A stretch of 63,979 nucleotides of DNA, counting the filler, from an uncultured bacterium (GTDB lineage Bacteria > CAZDME01 > JAYEMH01): assembly GCA_964506785.1 (NCBI GenBank). It is 5 parts of 5 records of this genome, joined end to end, with 100 filler letters (N's around TTAATTAATTAA, not from the genome) between each part and the next. Parts side by side here need not be neighbours in the genome. Positions count along the whole stretch, not along the records: positions 43,882 to 58,128 come from CAZDME010000036.1; 4 more parts are not named here. One strand, 5' to 3'. The position numbers and the translations under genes were made by a program. A model generated the notes under the pieces. It was given only the letters and a program-made list of their open reading frames with translations. It did not search any database and had not been told where the DNA came from. Numbering within the stretch: position 1 is the stretch's first letter; every line of letters starts with the position of its first letter. Positions 47,493 to 57,272 of the stretch are shown here, in pieces.

Positions 47493-48413
47493 TTATTTTC
47501 CCAGCAATAAATACAGAACGGCTTTTTGAACATGAAGGCGGTTTTCCGCCTCATCCCAGACGACTGACTGTTTGCCGTCAATAACACTATCAGTAATTTC
47601 CTCCCCCCGATGAGCCGGCAGACAATGCATAAGCAAACAATTTGAATTAGCTAATGATACCAATTTCTCATTAACTTGATAGGGTAAAAAATCTTCCCGG
47701 CGTTTTTCCGCTTCTTTCTCCTGGCCCATACTCGCCCAGACATCGGTATAAATAAGGTCCGCCGAACGGACGGCTTTTTCTGGATTGGTCTCCAGTTCAA
47801 TCATCCCGCCGTTCTTCCGGGCTATTTCACCGGCCTCCTTAATCAAAGACTCATCCACTTGGTACTGACTGGGCGAAGAAAGGATAAGTTTTATTCCCAT
47901 TTGAGCCGCCCCCCAAATCCAGGAACAAGCCACATTGTTGCCATCACCGATAAAGGTAACAATTTTCCCTTTAATTTCCCCTTTATGCTCAGTAAAGGTA
48001 AAAATATCGGCTAAGACCTGGCAGGGATGGCAATAATCGGAAAGGCCGTTTATTATCGGAATAGAGGCCGCCCGGCTAAACGTAAGAATAGTCTGGTGGG
48101 AAAAGGTCCGTAAAACCACCCCATTAAGATATCTAGAAACTGTCCGGGCGACATCAGCTACACTTTCCCGCTTACCCAATTGAATCTGCTCCTCACCGAG
48201 ATAAATATTTTGCCCGCCTAATTGGTACATGGCGACTTCAAAGGATATACGCGTCCGGCTGGAGGGTTTTTCAAAAATCAAACCCAGGCTTTTTCCGCTG
48301 AGCAGACGATTAAAACGCCGGTTCTTACCGGCTTTGAATATCACTGCCCACTTAAAAATCTGCTTTATCTCTTTTTGGGATAAATCCGCTATGGAAATTA
48401 AATCCTTTTTCAT
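47493..48413 (-). CDS. argF: Ornithine carbamoyltransferase
   Basis: FEKPSSRTR, HPCQ, YTDVWASMG, HCLPAHRG. Confidence 0.97.
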   Translation of the reverse strand: MKKDLISIADLSQKEIKQIFKWAVIFKAGKNRRFNRLLSGKSLGLIFEKPSSRTRISFEVAMYQLGGQNIYLGEEQIQLGKRESVADVARTVSRYLNGVVLRTFSHQTILTFSRAASIPIINGLSDYCHPCQVLADIFTFTEHKGEIKGKIVTFIGDGNNVACSWIWGAAQMGIKLILSSPSQYQVDESLIKEAGEIARKNGGMIELETNPEKAVRSADLIYTDVWASMGQEKEAEKRREDFLPYQVNEKLVSLANSNCLLMHCLPAHRGEEITDSVIDGKQSVVWDEAENRLHVQKAVLYLLLGK

Positions 48414-48451
48414 CTTCCCACCCTGTCCTATTACCTACTCTCTACCACCTG

Positions 48452-49630
48452 TTATTTACTGCCTATCGCCTTTTTCAAAATCCTTACTGCCTGGTCTATC
48501 TCTTTTTTGCTAACTGTCAGTGGCGGTAAAAACCGTACAACATTTTCATTAGTGCAATTTATCAAAAGGCCTGCTTGAGCACAGCCCTTAACCAGCTCCT
48601 GACATTTACAATCCAATTCTAAGCCAATCATTAAACCCTGCCCGCGGATTTCTTTGATAAAAGAAAAATCGTTTTTTAAGCCTTCTAATTTATTTTTAAA
48701 GTAATCCCCTTTTTCGGCTACCTCATCTAAAAATCCTTTAGCGTCTAATTGCCGGCAAAAAGATAAAGCAGCCGCACAACTAACCGGGTTGCCTCCAAAG
48801 GTCGAAGCATGGCTTGACGGCGAAAAGCTCTGGGCTATTTCCTCCCGGGCAATTATTGCTCCCAGAGGAAGCCCGCCGCCTAAACTTTTAGCTAGAATCA
48901 TAACATCCGGCGTGATGCCGTAATGCTCATAAGCAAAGAGCTTGCCTGTTCGTCCCATACCGCACTGAATTTCATCAAAAATAAAAAGCGCCTCCACCTT
49001 ATGGCAAATGCCTTTTAAACCTTCAAGAAATTCTAAATCCGTTAAGTTTATCCCTCCTTCACCTTGTATGGGCTCAACTATGACCGCGCAACAGTCTTTA
49101 TCAATAGCCTTCTCGGCCGCCTCCAAATCGTTAAAGGGGATATAGCTAAATCCTTCCAGCATCGGCTCAAACCCTTTTTGATACTTTGTCTGCCCGGTAG
49201 CGCTTAAAGCGGCGTAGGTGCGCCCATGAAAAGAATTATCCATAGAAACAATTTTAAATTTAGAATCTGCCTTCACTTTCGCAAATTTCCGAGCCAGCTT
49301 TATCGCTCCCTCAACTGCCTCCGCCCCGCTATTGCAAAAGAATACTCTGTCTCCGAAAGAATGTTCGGCCAGCCATTGGGCCAGCCGTGCCTGCGGCTCA
49401 TTATAATATAGATTGGATGAATGGATGAGTAACCCAGTCTGTTTTTTTATGGCTTTGACAATCCCCTGGTTTCCATAGCCAAGGTTATTTACGGAAATCC
49501 CGGCCATAAAATCAAGATAGCCCTTACCGGTATCGTCAAAAACATAGGAACCTTTACCTTTAACCAGGGCAATTTCCCGGCGGTAAGTAGGCATTATGTA
49601 TTTATCGGCTAGTTCTTTTATGTGTGACAT
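48452..49630 (-). CDS. argD: Acetylornithine aminotransferase
   Basis: NSGAEA, FHGRT, EPIQGEGG, DEIQCGMGRTG, AKSLGGG; arg operon context. Confidence 0.93.
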   Translation of the reverse strand: MSHIKELADKYIMPTYRREIALVKGKGSYVFDDTGKGYLDFMAGISVNNLGYGNQGIVKAIKKQTGLLIHSSNLYYNEPQARLAQWLAEHSFGDRVFFCNSGAEAVEGAIKLARKFAKVKADSKFKIVSMDNSFHGRTYAALSATGQTKYQKGFEPMLEGFSYIPFNDLEAAEKAIDKDCCAVIVEPIQGEGGINLTDLEFLEGLKGICHKVEALFIFDEIQCGMGRTGKLFAYEHYGITPDVMILAKSLGGGLPLGAIIAREEIAQSFSPSSHASTFGGNPVSCAAALSFCRQLDAKGFLDEVAEKGDYFKNKLEGLKNDFSFIKEIRGQGLMIGLELDCKCQELVKGCAQAGLLINCTNENVVRFLPPLTVSKKEIDQAVRILKKAIGSK

Positions 49631-50666
49631 ATGTTTTGCTCAGCTTTACCGCCAGTTTTATGGCTTCTTTCATGCTCCCGGCAGAAGCTTGGCCTTTACC
49701 GGCTAATTCATAAGCAGTACCATGTCCTGGGGAAGTCCGGATAAAAGGCAATCCCCAGGTGACATTAACTGAATCCTCAAATCCACTCATTTTAAGGGGG
49801 ATTAAACCCTGGTCATGATACATAACTACCTGAGCATCAAACCTCTTTTTATTTTCCGGCAAAAATAAGGTGTCGCTGGGAAAAGGGCCAAAGACAGAAA
49901 ATCCCTTTTTCTTAGCTTTTTTTATAGCCGGAGTAATAATTCTTTTTTCCTCATCTCCCAGAAAGCCGCCTTCTCCGGCATGCGGATTCAAAGCCGCTAC
50001 CGCTATTCTTGGAAACTTCAACCCTAATTTTTTTAGCCCGAGGTCAGCAAACCTAATCGTTTTAAGAATCTTTTCTTGAGAAAGTTCTCTGCTTACCTTT
50101 TTCAAGGGCAGGTGCCGGGTAACCAGAATCACCCGCCATCCGCCCCCGATAAGCATCATCGCAAAGTTTCGGACTTTACTAATTTTGGCTAAAAATTCCG
50201 TATGACCGGAGAATTTAAAACCGGCTCGATTGATTGCCTCTTTATTAACCGGTGCCGTAACTACCGCCGAAAAGTCTCCGGCCAGGGCTGATTTTGCCGC
50301 CCGGCGAATATATTCTAAAGCGGCTTGACTAATTTGTTTATTAATTTTACCCCGGCTGACTTTTTTGGCTGACAGCCTTCCTTTTCCAAAAGAGCGAAAT
50401 AAATCTAAAACGATAATCCCCGGAAGATTACCTTTTAACTTTTTAATCTCCCCAATACTACTAAAAGCATATATATGTACCTTTTTACGGAGGATATCCT
50501 TAGCTATAAAATCTAAATAGCGGCTATTGCCAAAAATGACAAATCGAGCTAATTTCCGAATACCCGGGTCAAGCAGGGCTTTTAGGGTTACCTCCGGACC
50601 AATTCCCGCCGCATCTCCTAAAGTAATGGCAATTCGTAGTTTCTTTTTAACCATTTGCCCTGCCAC
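49602..50666 (-). CDS. pdxA: 4-hydroxythreonine-4-phosphate dehydrogenase (PdxA family)
   Basis: GDAAGIGPE, GHTEFL, LNPHAGE, MYHDQGLIP, RTSPGHGTA. Confidence 0.93.
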   Translation of the reverse strand: MAGQMVKKKLRIAITLGDAAGIGPEVTLKALLDPGIRKLARFVIFGNSRYLDFIAKDILRKKVHIYAFSSIGEIKKLKGNLPGIIVLDLFRSFGKGRLSAKKVSRGKINKQISQAALEYIRRAAKSALAGDFSAVVTAPVNKEAINRAGFKFSGHTEFLAKISKVRNFAMMLIGGGWRVILVTRHLPLKKVSRELSQEKILKTIRFADLGLKKLGLKFPRIAVAALNPHAGEGGFLGDEEKRIITPAIKKAKKKGFSVFGPFPSDTLFLPENKKRFDAQVVMYHDQGLIPLKMSGFEDSVNVTWGLPFIRTSPGHGTAYELAGKGQASAGSMKEAIKLAVKLSKTYVTHKRTSR

Positions 50667-50713
50667 CTATTGCCTATCACCTATCGCCTTTAAAGTTGAA
50701 TAATACCATATCC

Positions 50714-53700
50714 TTAAGGCTTCTGCAAGAGCTTTTTCAAAGGAGCCAATACGGCTTTGTCTTCACTTCCTTCCCATTTTAGCTCAAGATTGACCCGATT
50801 ATCCTTATCTTGCCGAAAAGAAAGTCTGGTTCCGGCTCTTTTAACCAGCTTTTCAATCTCGCCAAGCGGCGCCATATAATCGGGATGAAACTGAAGGCTA
50901 ATAATTCCCCTTTCTTTTTGCCGATAGATTTGCTCAATTCCCCAGACATTGGCCTGCATTCTTACCTCAGCCAAATCCAGAAGTATATCTATCTCTTCTT
51001 TCAAAGGGCCAAAGCGGTCAATAAGCTCTCTCTTCAAATCATTTAATTCGTTTAAAGCATTAAGTGAAGAAATCTTGGCATAAATTTCCACTTTCTGTCT
51101 TGCCTCCGGGATATACTCATCTGGAATATATTCAGGCATATCCAGATTCACCTTGGTCTCTAATTGAGGAACTAAAGGAGCCTCCCCTTTTAATTCACGG
51201 ATACAATCCCGGAGTAAGCGGCAATATAAATCAAATCCCACGGCACTAATAAAGCCGTGCTGCTGATGCCCAAGAATATTTCCGGCGCCGCGAATTTCCA
51301 AATCACGCATGGCAATTCTAATCCCCGCGCCCAGTTCCGTAAATTCCTCCATGGTCTTAAGGCGGCGAATCGCCTCACTGGTGATAATTTCGCCTTCCGG
51401 AATAAAAAGATAGGCAAAGGCGCGGTGTTTGTATCTTCCCACCCGTCCCCGCAACTGATAAAGGTCAGCCAGGCCATAGCGGTGAGCATTGGTGATAATA
51501 ATAGTGTTAACATTCGGGATATCCAAGCCAGACTCAATAATCGTCGTGGAAACCAGAACATCAATCTCCCCGCTTATAAAGCGATACATCACTTCCTCTA
51601 ATTCTCTTTCATTCAGCCGGCCGTGGGCAATGGCCACTTTTACCTCAGGGAAAAGCTCCCTGATGCGGCCAGCCACCTTGTGGATATAATTAATTCGGTT
51701 AAAAACAAAAAAGACCTGTCCTTCCCTTTCGATTTCCCTCCGGATGGCTTCGGAAATTATTTTCTCGTCATATTCCAGAACAAAGGTTTGAATAGGAAGC
51801 CTATCCCGGGGAGGCGTTTCGATAATACTTAAATCCCTGATTCCGGTCAGGGACATATAAAGGGTGCGGGGTATCGGGGTGGCAGTTAAGGTTAAAACAT
51901 CGACTAATTCCCGGATTCTCTTTATCTTTTCTTTATGGGCAACACCAAAACGCTGTTCTTCATCTATCACTAATAAACCTAGATTATTGAATTTGATGTC
52001 ATTCTGCAACAAGCGATGCGTACCGATAACAACATCAATTTTTCCTAAAGCCAATTCCTTAATAATCTTTTCCTGCTCCAGCTCGGTTTTAAACCGGCTT
52101 AACATTTCAACCTTAATAGGATAATCAGCCATCCGGTCGCTAAAGGTATAATAATGCTGCTGGGCCAGAATCGTCGTCGGAACGAGTACAGCTACCTGTT
52201 TACCTTCGCTAGCTGCCTTAAAAGCGGCCCGCACTGCCACCTCAGTTTTACCATAGCCGACATCACCGCAGACCAGGCGATCCATGGGACGGCTCCTTTC
52301 CAAATCCTTTTTTACCTCTTCAATGGCTTCCCGCTGGTCAGGAGTCTCTTCGTAGATAAAAGAAGCTTCAAATTCTTTTTGCCAATCGCTATCTTCTGGG
52401 AAGGCAAACCCGGTTTTCGCCTCCCTTTTGGCATAAAGATCGAGTAACTCTGCGGCCATATCCCTTAAGGCGCTTTTTGTTCTTTTTACCACTTTGAACC
52501 AGGCATTACTCCCCAATTTGTAGAGTTTTGCCGCTCCTCCTTCAAACCCGATATATTTCTGGATAAATCTCACCTGTTCGATGGGGACATAAAGTATATC
52601 TCCCTTCTGATATTCGATAGAGAGAAAATCTTTCTTTTCTTCTTCAACCTTTATTTTTTTTATTCCCTGATATTTACCAATACCGTGATTGAGGTGAACA
52701 ACTAAATCTCCCTTTTTTAATTCGCGGTAGGTAGAAAGGGGAAGTCCTCCTTTAAAGCGCTGGCGCGGGCGTCTTCCGCTATAACGATGGAAAATTTCCC
52801 GGTCAGTAACTACGGCGAGTTTTAAATCGGGGAAGAGAAAACCCCGGTTCAATTCGGAAATATGAAAAGATATGTTTTTGGTGAGCGCCGGTTCTTTCTT
52901 TTTCAGCAATTCCTTGAGTCTGGCCTCTTCTCCTTCATTTTGAGAAACAAGGATAACCTTCAAATTCTCCTCCTGCCATTTTTTAAGACGGGGAAAAAAG
53001 GCGGAAAAATCTTCCCAGAGCATACTAACCGTAGAGGTTGCGATTTGAAATTTAGAATCAATCTTAATTTCCGCCACTGACCGGGGAAGACTGGAAAGAA
53101 AAAGCCGTTTCCTCACCGAGAGAAAGGATACAACATCCTGCCAGACCGACTTGGTTAACTGACCTCTAATCAGAGCCGCCTCGTCTAAAACAATCAAATC
53201 TATATCTTTTAAAAAGGCGAAGATTTTATTTTTCCCCTGGATAAGAGCCGGGGAGATGAAAATTGCGCTTGTCTTTTCCAAAGAACGCTGGGTGAGAGGG
53301 TCAAAATAACGGATGGATTCAACCTTCTCGCCAAAAAATTCTACCCGGATTGGATTTTCTTCAGTCAAAGGAAAAATATCAAGAATCCCTCCCCGGAGAG
53401 AAAAACTGCCCTTCTCTTCACAAAGAGGCAGACGCTTATAGCCGCCTTTATCCAACTTCTCTAAAGTTCTTTCCAAATCATATTCTTTGCCGGAAAAAAT
53501 CTCTAAACTCAAGTGCTTGAATTGAGAAGGAGAAAGAAAACTATGATAGAGCGCCTTGGCAGAAATGATGAAAATCTCTGGCGATGATGTATGCTCCGCA
53601 GTTAAAAGTTTCAAAATCTTTAGCTGTTCGCTAACGATATCTTTATGCGGTAAAATTTTTTCTTTGGGCAAAATTTCCCAGGCGGGAAAGTTAGAGACCC

Positions 53701-53929
53701 TGCTGCCGAAAGATTTTATATCCTGAGTCATTTCTTCTGCTTCGGCGATACTGGGTGAAACCAACAAAATCTTCCCGAAAGGATTATTCTGTAATCCGGC
53801 TAGCCAGAAGGCCTTAGAAGCGGGAACCAAGCCGCTAATTTCTATACCCTTTTCACGGGATAATTCTTTTAAACTCTCTTTAAATGGGGGAAAATCTTTA
53901 AGTGAATTTATCAGTGTCTTTATATCCAT
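50714..53929 (-). CDS. mfd: Transcription-repair coupling factor
   Basis: UvrB-like N-terminus, HGIGKY, CGDVGYGKTEVA, DEEQRFG, QLRGRVGR, RDLEIRGAGN, TRCF C-terminus. Confidence 0.97.
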   Translation of the reverse strand: MDIKTLINSLKDFPPFKESLKELSREKGIEISGLVPASKAFWLAGLQNNPFGKILLVSPSIAEAEEMTQDIKSFGSRVSNFPAWEILPKEKILPHKDIVSEQLKILKLLTAEHTSSPEIFIISAKALYHSFLSPSQFKHLSLEIFSGKEYDLERTLEKLDKGGYKRLPLCEEKGSFSLRGGILDIFPLTEENPIRVEFFGEKVESIRYFDPLTQRSLEKTSAIFISPALIQGKNKIFAFLKDIDLIVLDEAALIRGQLTKSVWQDVVSFLSVRKRLFLSSLPRSVAEIKIDSKFQIATSTVSMLWEDFSAFFPRLKKWQEENLKVILVSQNEGEEARLKELLKKKEPALTKNISFHISELNRGFLFPDLKLAVVTDREIFHRYSGRRPRQRFKGGLPLSTYRELKKGDLVVHLNHGIGKYQGIKKIKVEEEKKDFLSIEYQKGDILYVPIEQVRFIQKYIGFEGGAAKLYKLGSNAWFKVVKRTKSALRDMAAELLDLYAKREAKTGFAFPEDSDWQKEFEASFIYEETPDQREAIEEVKKDLERSRPMDRLVCGDVGYGKTEVAVRAAFKAASEGKQVAVLVPTTILAQQHYYTFSDRMADYPIKVEMLSRFKTELEQEKIIKELALGKIDVVIGTHRLLQNDIKFNNLGLLVIDEEQRFGVAHKEKIKRIRELVDVLTLTATPIPRTLYMSLTGIRDLSIIETPPRDRLPIQTFVLEYDEKIISEAIRREIEREGQVFFVFNRINYIHKVAGRIRELFPEVKVAIAHGRLNERELEEVMYRFISGEIDVLVSTTIIESGLDIPNVNTIIITNAHRYGLADLYQLRGRVGRYKHRAFAYLFIPEGEIITSEAIRRLKTMEEFTELGAGIRIAMRDLEIRGAGNILGHQQHGFISAVGFDLYCRLLRDCIRELKGEAPLVPQLETKVNLDMPEYIPDEYIPEARQKVEIYAKISSLNALNELNDLKRELIDRFGPLKEEIDILLDLAEVRMQANVWGIEQIYRQKERGIISLQFHPDYMAPLGEIEKLVKRAGTRLSFRQDKDNRVNLELKWEGSEDKAVLAPLKKLLQKP

Positions 53930-54000
53930 TTTTTTAAAGAATCATAAAATACAGGTAGTGCGCATTAGTTGTAATTTGTCTATTGGAATTTATGTGTTAT

Positions 54001-54912
54001 CTATATCAGGCTTATCCAGAAGGGAACGGTGATAATAGATAAAATATGGGTAAAGAATACCCCGGAACCGGCCAGCTCCGGGTCACCGCCAAAACGCTGG
54101 ACAAAAAGAGGGGTGGTAGAAGCGGAAGGCATGGCTGCCTGAAGAATAAATATTCCCTGAATGAGGTCAGGAAAAGAAAATAACCGGCCGATGGCTAAAG
54201 AAAGGGCCGGAATAATTATTAAACGGATTAAAACCAGCGGGATGATTAATTTTACGGCAACATTCCTATGGATTTCCCGGCCGGCTAATATACCTCCGAT
54301 AACCAGCATAGCTAGCGGAATAGTGATGCCGCCAACAAGAGAAAAGGCTCTATCGACGATATATGGCAATTTCAGCCGGAGGGCCACAGCTAAGAAGCCC
54401 AAGCTTAAGGCAATCGTGCCGGGATTAAACAAATTGTTAAAAACTGAATGCTTTCCTGCTTCTCCGCCAAGAATACTCACGCCTAAGGTCCAGATAAGCA
54501 TAGAAAATCCCAGGTTAAAAATAACCACCCGCACTACCCCTTCCTGCCCAAAAAGAAATAAAGCCAGGGGAATAGCCAAAAATCCGCAGTTGGTAAATGC
54601 CGAAAGATAGAAAAAACTCTTTTTTTGCGCCTTGGATAGCGGGATAAACTTAGAAAATAGATAAGCCAATATCAATCCGGCCAGAACAATACCAACAGCT
54701 AAAAAAGGCAGATACCAGCTGGAAATCAAAACCTTCCGCGAGGTCTGGGCAACCAGAACATAAAAATACAAAATAGGAAGGGTAAGTCCGATGACTAATT
54801 TATTTAAATCACGCACCACCGATTCAGTTAAGACCTTCCAGAACCGGGCTAAGACTCCGATTATAACAATCAACAGAAGAATGCCAATTTGGCTTAGCAT
54901 CTCTTGAAACAT
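54001..54912 (-). CDS. AEC-family (auxin efflux carrier) transporter
   Basis: NCGFLAIPL, NPGT, PLAMLVIG, AAMPSA. Confidence 0.9.
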   Translation of the reverse strand: MFQEMLSQIGILLLIVIIGVLARFWKVLTESVVRDLNKLVIGLTLPILYFYVLVAQTSRKVLISSWYLPFLAVGIVLAGLILAYLFSKFIPLSKAQKKSFFYLSAFTNCGFLAIPLALFLFGQEGVVRVVIFNLGFSMLIWTLGVSILGGEAGKHSVFNNLFNPGTIALSLGFLAVALRLKLPYIVDRAFSLVGGITIPLAMLVIGGILAGREIHRNVAVKLIIPLVLIRLIIIPALSLAIGRLFSFPDLIQGIFILQAAMPSASTTPLFVQRFGGDPELAGSGVFFTHILSIITVPFWISLI

Positions 54913-54939
54913 AAGATATCTCCAATCTTTTTCTTTTTC

Positions 54940-55005
54940 AGCTAATGACCAAGTTCACCTACCGAAAAATTTAGCTTTTTTGGTCAGATAGAAAACTATT
55001 TATAA
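54940..55005 (-). mobile_element. Degenerate attC-like site
   Basis: Minus strand TTATAAA-tagtt-TTCTATCT-gacc...ggt-AGGTGAAC-ttggtc-ATTAGCT directly after the DUF2007 stop; both AAC and GTT triplets mutated. Confidence 0.35.
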
Positions 55006-55007
55006 AA

Positions 55008-55229
55008 TTATTTATTTTCTAATGTTTTCAATATTTCTTCTGATTTTTCTTTATGCTCTTTTTTAACCAGTAATTGCACACCACCTGCTCCTATAGATAA
55101 GTGTGTGCGCATCCCACCGCAGTCGTCAGCCTGAATAATTGATTCTATCCCTTGTTTTTCTAAAAGGCCTTTTGCCATTTCGGCTTCGTAGCGCTGCCCA
55201 AATTTTCTGATAACTACCAAGTCATCCAT
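55008..55229 (-). CDS. DUF2007-like putative signal-transducing protein
   Basis: EAEMAKGLLEKQGI...GGVQLLV; ATG 55229 with GAGGAG RBS. Confidence 0.8.
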   Translation of the reverse strand: MDDLVVIRKFGQRYEAEMAKGLLEKQGIESIIQADDCGGMRTHLSIGAGGVQLLVKKEHKEKSEEILKTLENK

Positions 55230-55348
55230 TATACTCCTCACTTTCTTCTTACGGGAATATTTTTCTGCTATAGTAACTAATAAGCTAATTTTCTATTTAT
55301 TTTATTCGTTTTTTTTACCTTGTTAGAATCGCTTTATTTTTCAAAGTT

Positions 55349-55984
55349 TTAACTTTTGGCCTTATATTCTCTTTCAATATCGCCAATTTCTTCCGCATTT
55401 AGAAAGCGAACCTTACCGGATAACTTAGAGATAAAATAAATCTTAGCCGCTTCTTCAACTATTTCTGCCCGCAGATAAGCCTCTTTAAGATTCTTTCCTA
55501 CGGTTACCAGGCCGTGATTCTTAAGTAAAACTGCCTGATTATTTTTTAAAGCTCGGCCTACTGCTCTGGCTAATTTTTTTGAGCCGGGGGTAAAATAAGA
55601 AATTAAGGGCAGCTTCTCTCCGATTAGAACCACAAAATCCGGAAACAAAGCCTTAAGGGTTATTCCGGCACAGGCTAAACCCAGGGCATAGGGCGGATGA
55701 ACATGGATAAAGGCACCGATATCATTTTTTACCCGATAGCCGGCCAGATGCATGGGCATCTCACAACTCGGACTTAAGGACGATTTTTTCGCCTTTCCTG
55801 TTTTTAACTCTACTTTAACAGATTGTGAGGTTTTAATTTTATCCAGGGGAAAACCACCAGGGGAAAGATAAATAAATTTCCCCGAACGGGCGCTGATATT
55901 TCCTCCGGCGCCGCTAACCAATCCCTTTTCAACCAGCTTTTTACCGTATTTAACCAGCTCTTTCCTTATTTTTTGTTCACTCAT
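55349..55984 (-). CDS. Class II aldolase (FucA/adducin family)
   Basis: GGNISAR, PSCEMPMH, HVHP, LKNHG. Confidence 0.92.
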   Translation of the reverse strand: MSEQKIRKELVKYGKKLVEKGLVSGAGGNISARSGKFIYLSPGGFPLDKIKTSQSVKVELKTGKAKKSSLSPSCEMPMHLAGYRVKNDIGAFIHVHPPYALGLACAGITLKALFPDFVVLIGEKLPLISYFTPGSKKLARAVGRALKNNQAVLLKNHGLVTVGKNLKEAYLRAEIVEEAAKIYFISKLSGKVRFLNAEEIGDIEREYKAKS

Positions 55985-55999
55985 CTTTTTACTATCCTT

Positions 56000-56983
56000 T
56001 TAAGAATCCGGCCTTAATACTACCTTTAAGGATTCTTTGGCTTCGGAGACAATCTTAAAACCCTCCTGAATTTTCTCCAAGCCCAAGCGGTGGGTTATCA
56101 TTTTTTCTACATTTATCTTTCCATTTTTAATCAAGTTTAAAGATCCTTCTAAATCAACTGGCGCCGCTCCATAGGAGGAAGTAACGGTTACCTCACTTCT
56201 CCAGAAATCTACCGTGGGGATTTCAATATTTTTATCAGGAATAGCAAAGAAAAGTATAATCCCTTTCCGGTCTATAGACTGAAAGGCCTGCGCTACCGCT
56301 TGAGGAGCACCGGTACAAACGATTACCTTCTCGGCTTTAATATCTATCGGCTCAGCTCCATTTAAAACTTTATCGGCCCCAAATTCACTGGCTTTTTTTA
56401 GTCTATAGGTATTTATATCGGTGGCAATAACCTCAGCTTCCTTTAACTTAGCCAATTGAATATTTGATAAGCCCGAGACGCCGCTGCCGAGAATCAAAAC
56501 AGTCTCACCCTTTTTTATATCGATTATCCTCTGGCCTCTGACGGCACAGGCCAAAGGCTCAATCATCGTCCCTTCTTCATAAGAAAGATTTTCGGGCAAT
56601 ACCCAGGTGCCGATATCAACATTTTCTTTAGGCACGCGGATAAATTCGCTGTAGCCGCCCGGTTCATAATTACCTTTATGCAAGGCCTCGCAGGCAGTAT
56701 GATTACCGGCCAAACAGTATTTACAGGCATTACAGGGCACGTGATGGCTGACAAATACCCTCTCGCCAATTTTGTATTTTTCTGATTTGGACTCAACTAT
56801 CTCACCGGTTATTTCGTGGCCCAAAACCCGGGGGGCCTTTTTAATTCTATACCACTCCATAATATCGGTGCCGCAGATGCCGCTCGCCTTTACTTTTACT
56901 AAGAGCTCCCCCGGGCCAATCTTTGGAATAGGCCTTTCCTCTATTCTTATATCATGGTTATTGTAGTATACCGCTACATTCAT
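56000..56983 (-). CDS. Zn-dependent (MDR) sugar-alcohol dehydrogenase
   Basis: GICGTD, GHE, CNACKYC...C, EPLAC, GSGVSG. Confidence 0.92.
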   Translation of the reverse strand: MNVAVYYNNHDIRIEERPIPKIGPGELLVKVKASGICGTDIMEWYRIKKAPRVLGHEITGEIVESKSEKYKIGERVFVSHHVPCNACKYCLAGNHTACEALHKGNYEPGGYSEFIRVPKENVDIGTWVLPENLSYEEGTMIEPLACAVRGQRIIDIKKGETVLILGSGVSGLSNIQLAKLKEAEVIATDINTYRLKKASEFGADKVLNGAEPIDIKAEKVIVCTGAPQAVAQAFQSIDRKGIILFFAIPDKNIEIPTVDFWRSEVTVTSSYGAAPVDLEGSLNLIKNGKINVEKMITHRLGLEKIQEGFKIVSEAKESLKVVLRPDS

Positions 56984-56994
56984 AATTCTTTTTT

Positions 56995-57050
56995 AAACTT
57001 ACAATAAACAACTTCCAAATTACAACCAATACACAAAATCAAATATCCAA
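56995..57050. repeat. Heptamer arm (CAAATTA family), downstream of the four-helix remnant
   Basis: caaattacaa (57016-57025) is the reverse complement of ttgtaatttg (57256-57265). Confidence 0.7.
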
Positions 57051-57064
57051 GAAAAAATTATAGA

Positions 57065-57245
57065 CTATCTGCTTTTCTCGATAATAGAAATAAATATATT
57101 CCGTAATTCTTGAGACTCTTGAATAAAACCATCAATTTCTTTTGCGAATGGATAGTTGGCTTCTTTGAGAAGTTTTAACCAATAACTGCTTTCTTTACAC
57201 TCTTTCCTTGAAATTTTCATCTGGTTTGTCTTGGCCTTTGTTCAT
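57065..57245 (-). pseudogene. Internally deleted four-helix-bundle gene
   Basis: 57220-57065 encodes MKISRKECKESSYWLKLLKEANYPFAKEIDGFIQESQELRNIFISIIEKSR*, the family C-terminal half; an out-of-frame ATG lies at 57245. Confidence 0.8.
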
Positions 57246-57272
57246 TGTATACTGTTTGTAATTTGTAATTTT
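57246..57272. repeat. Heptamer arm (TTTGTAA)2, upstream of the four-helix remnant
   Basis: tttgtaa-tttgtaa-tttt abutting the stop of the lsrF-like gene. Confidence 0.7.
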
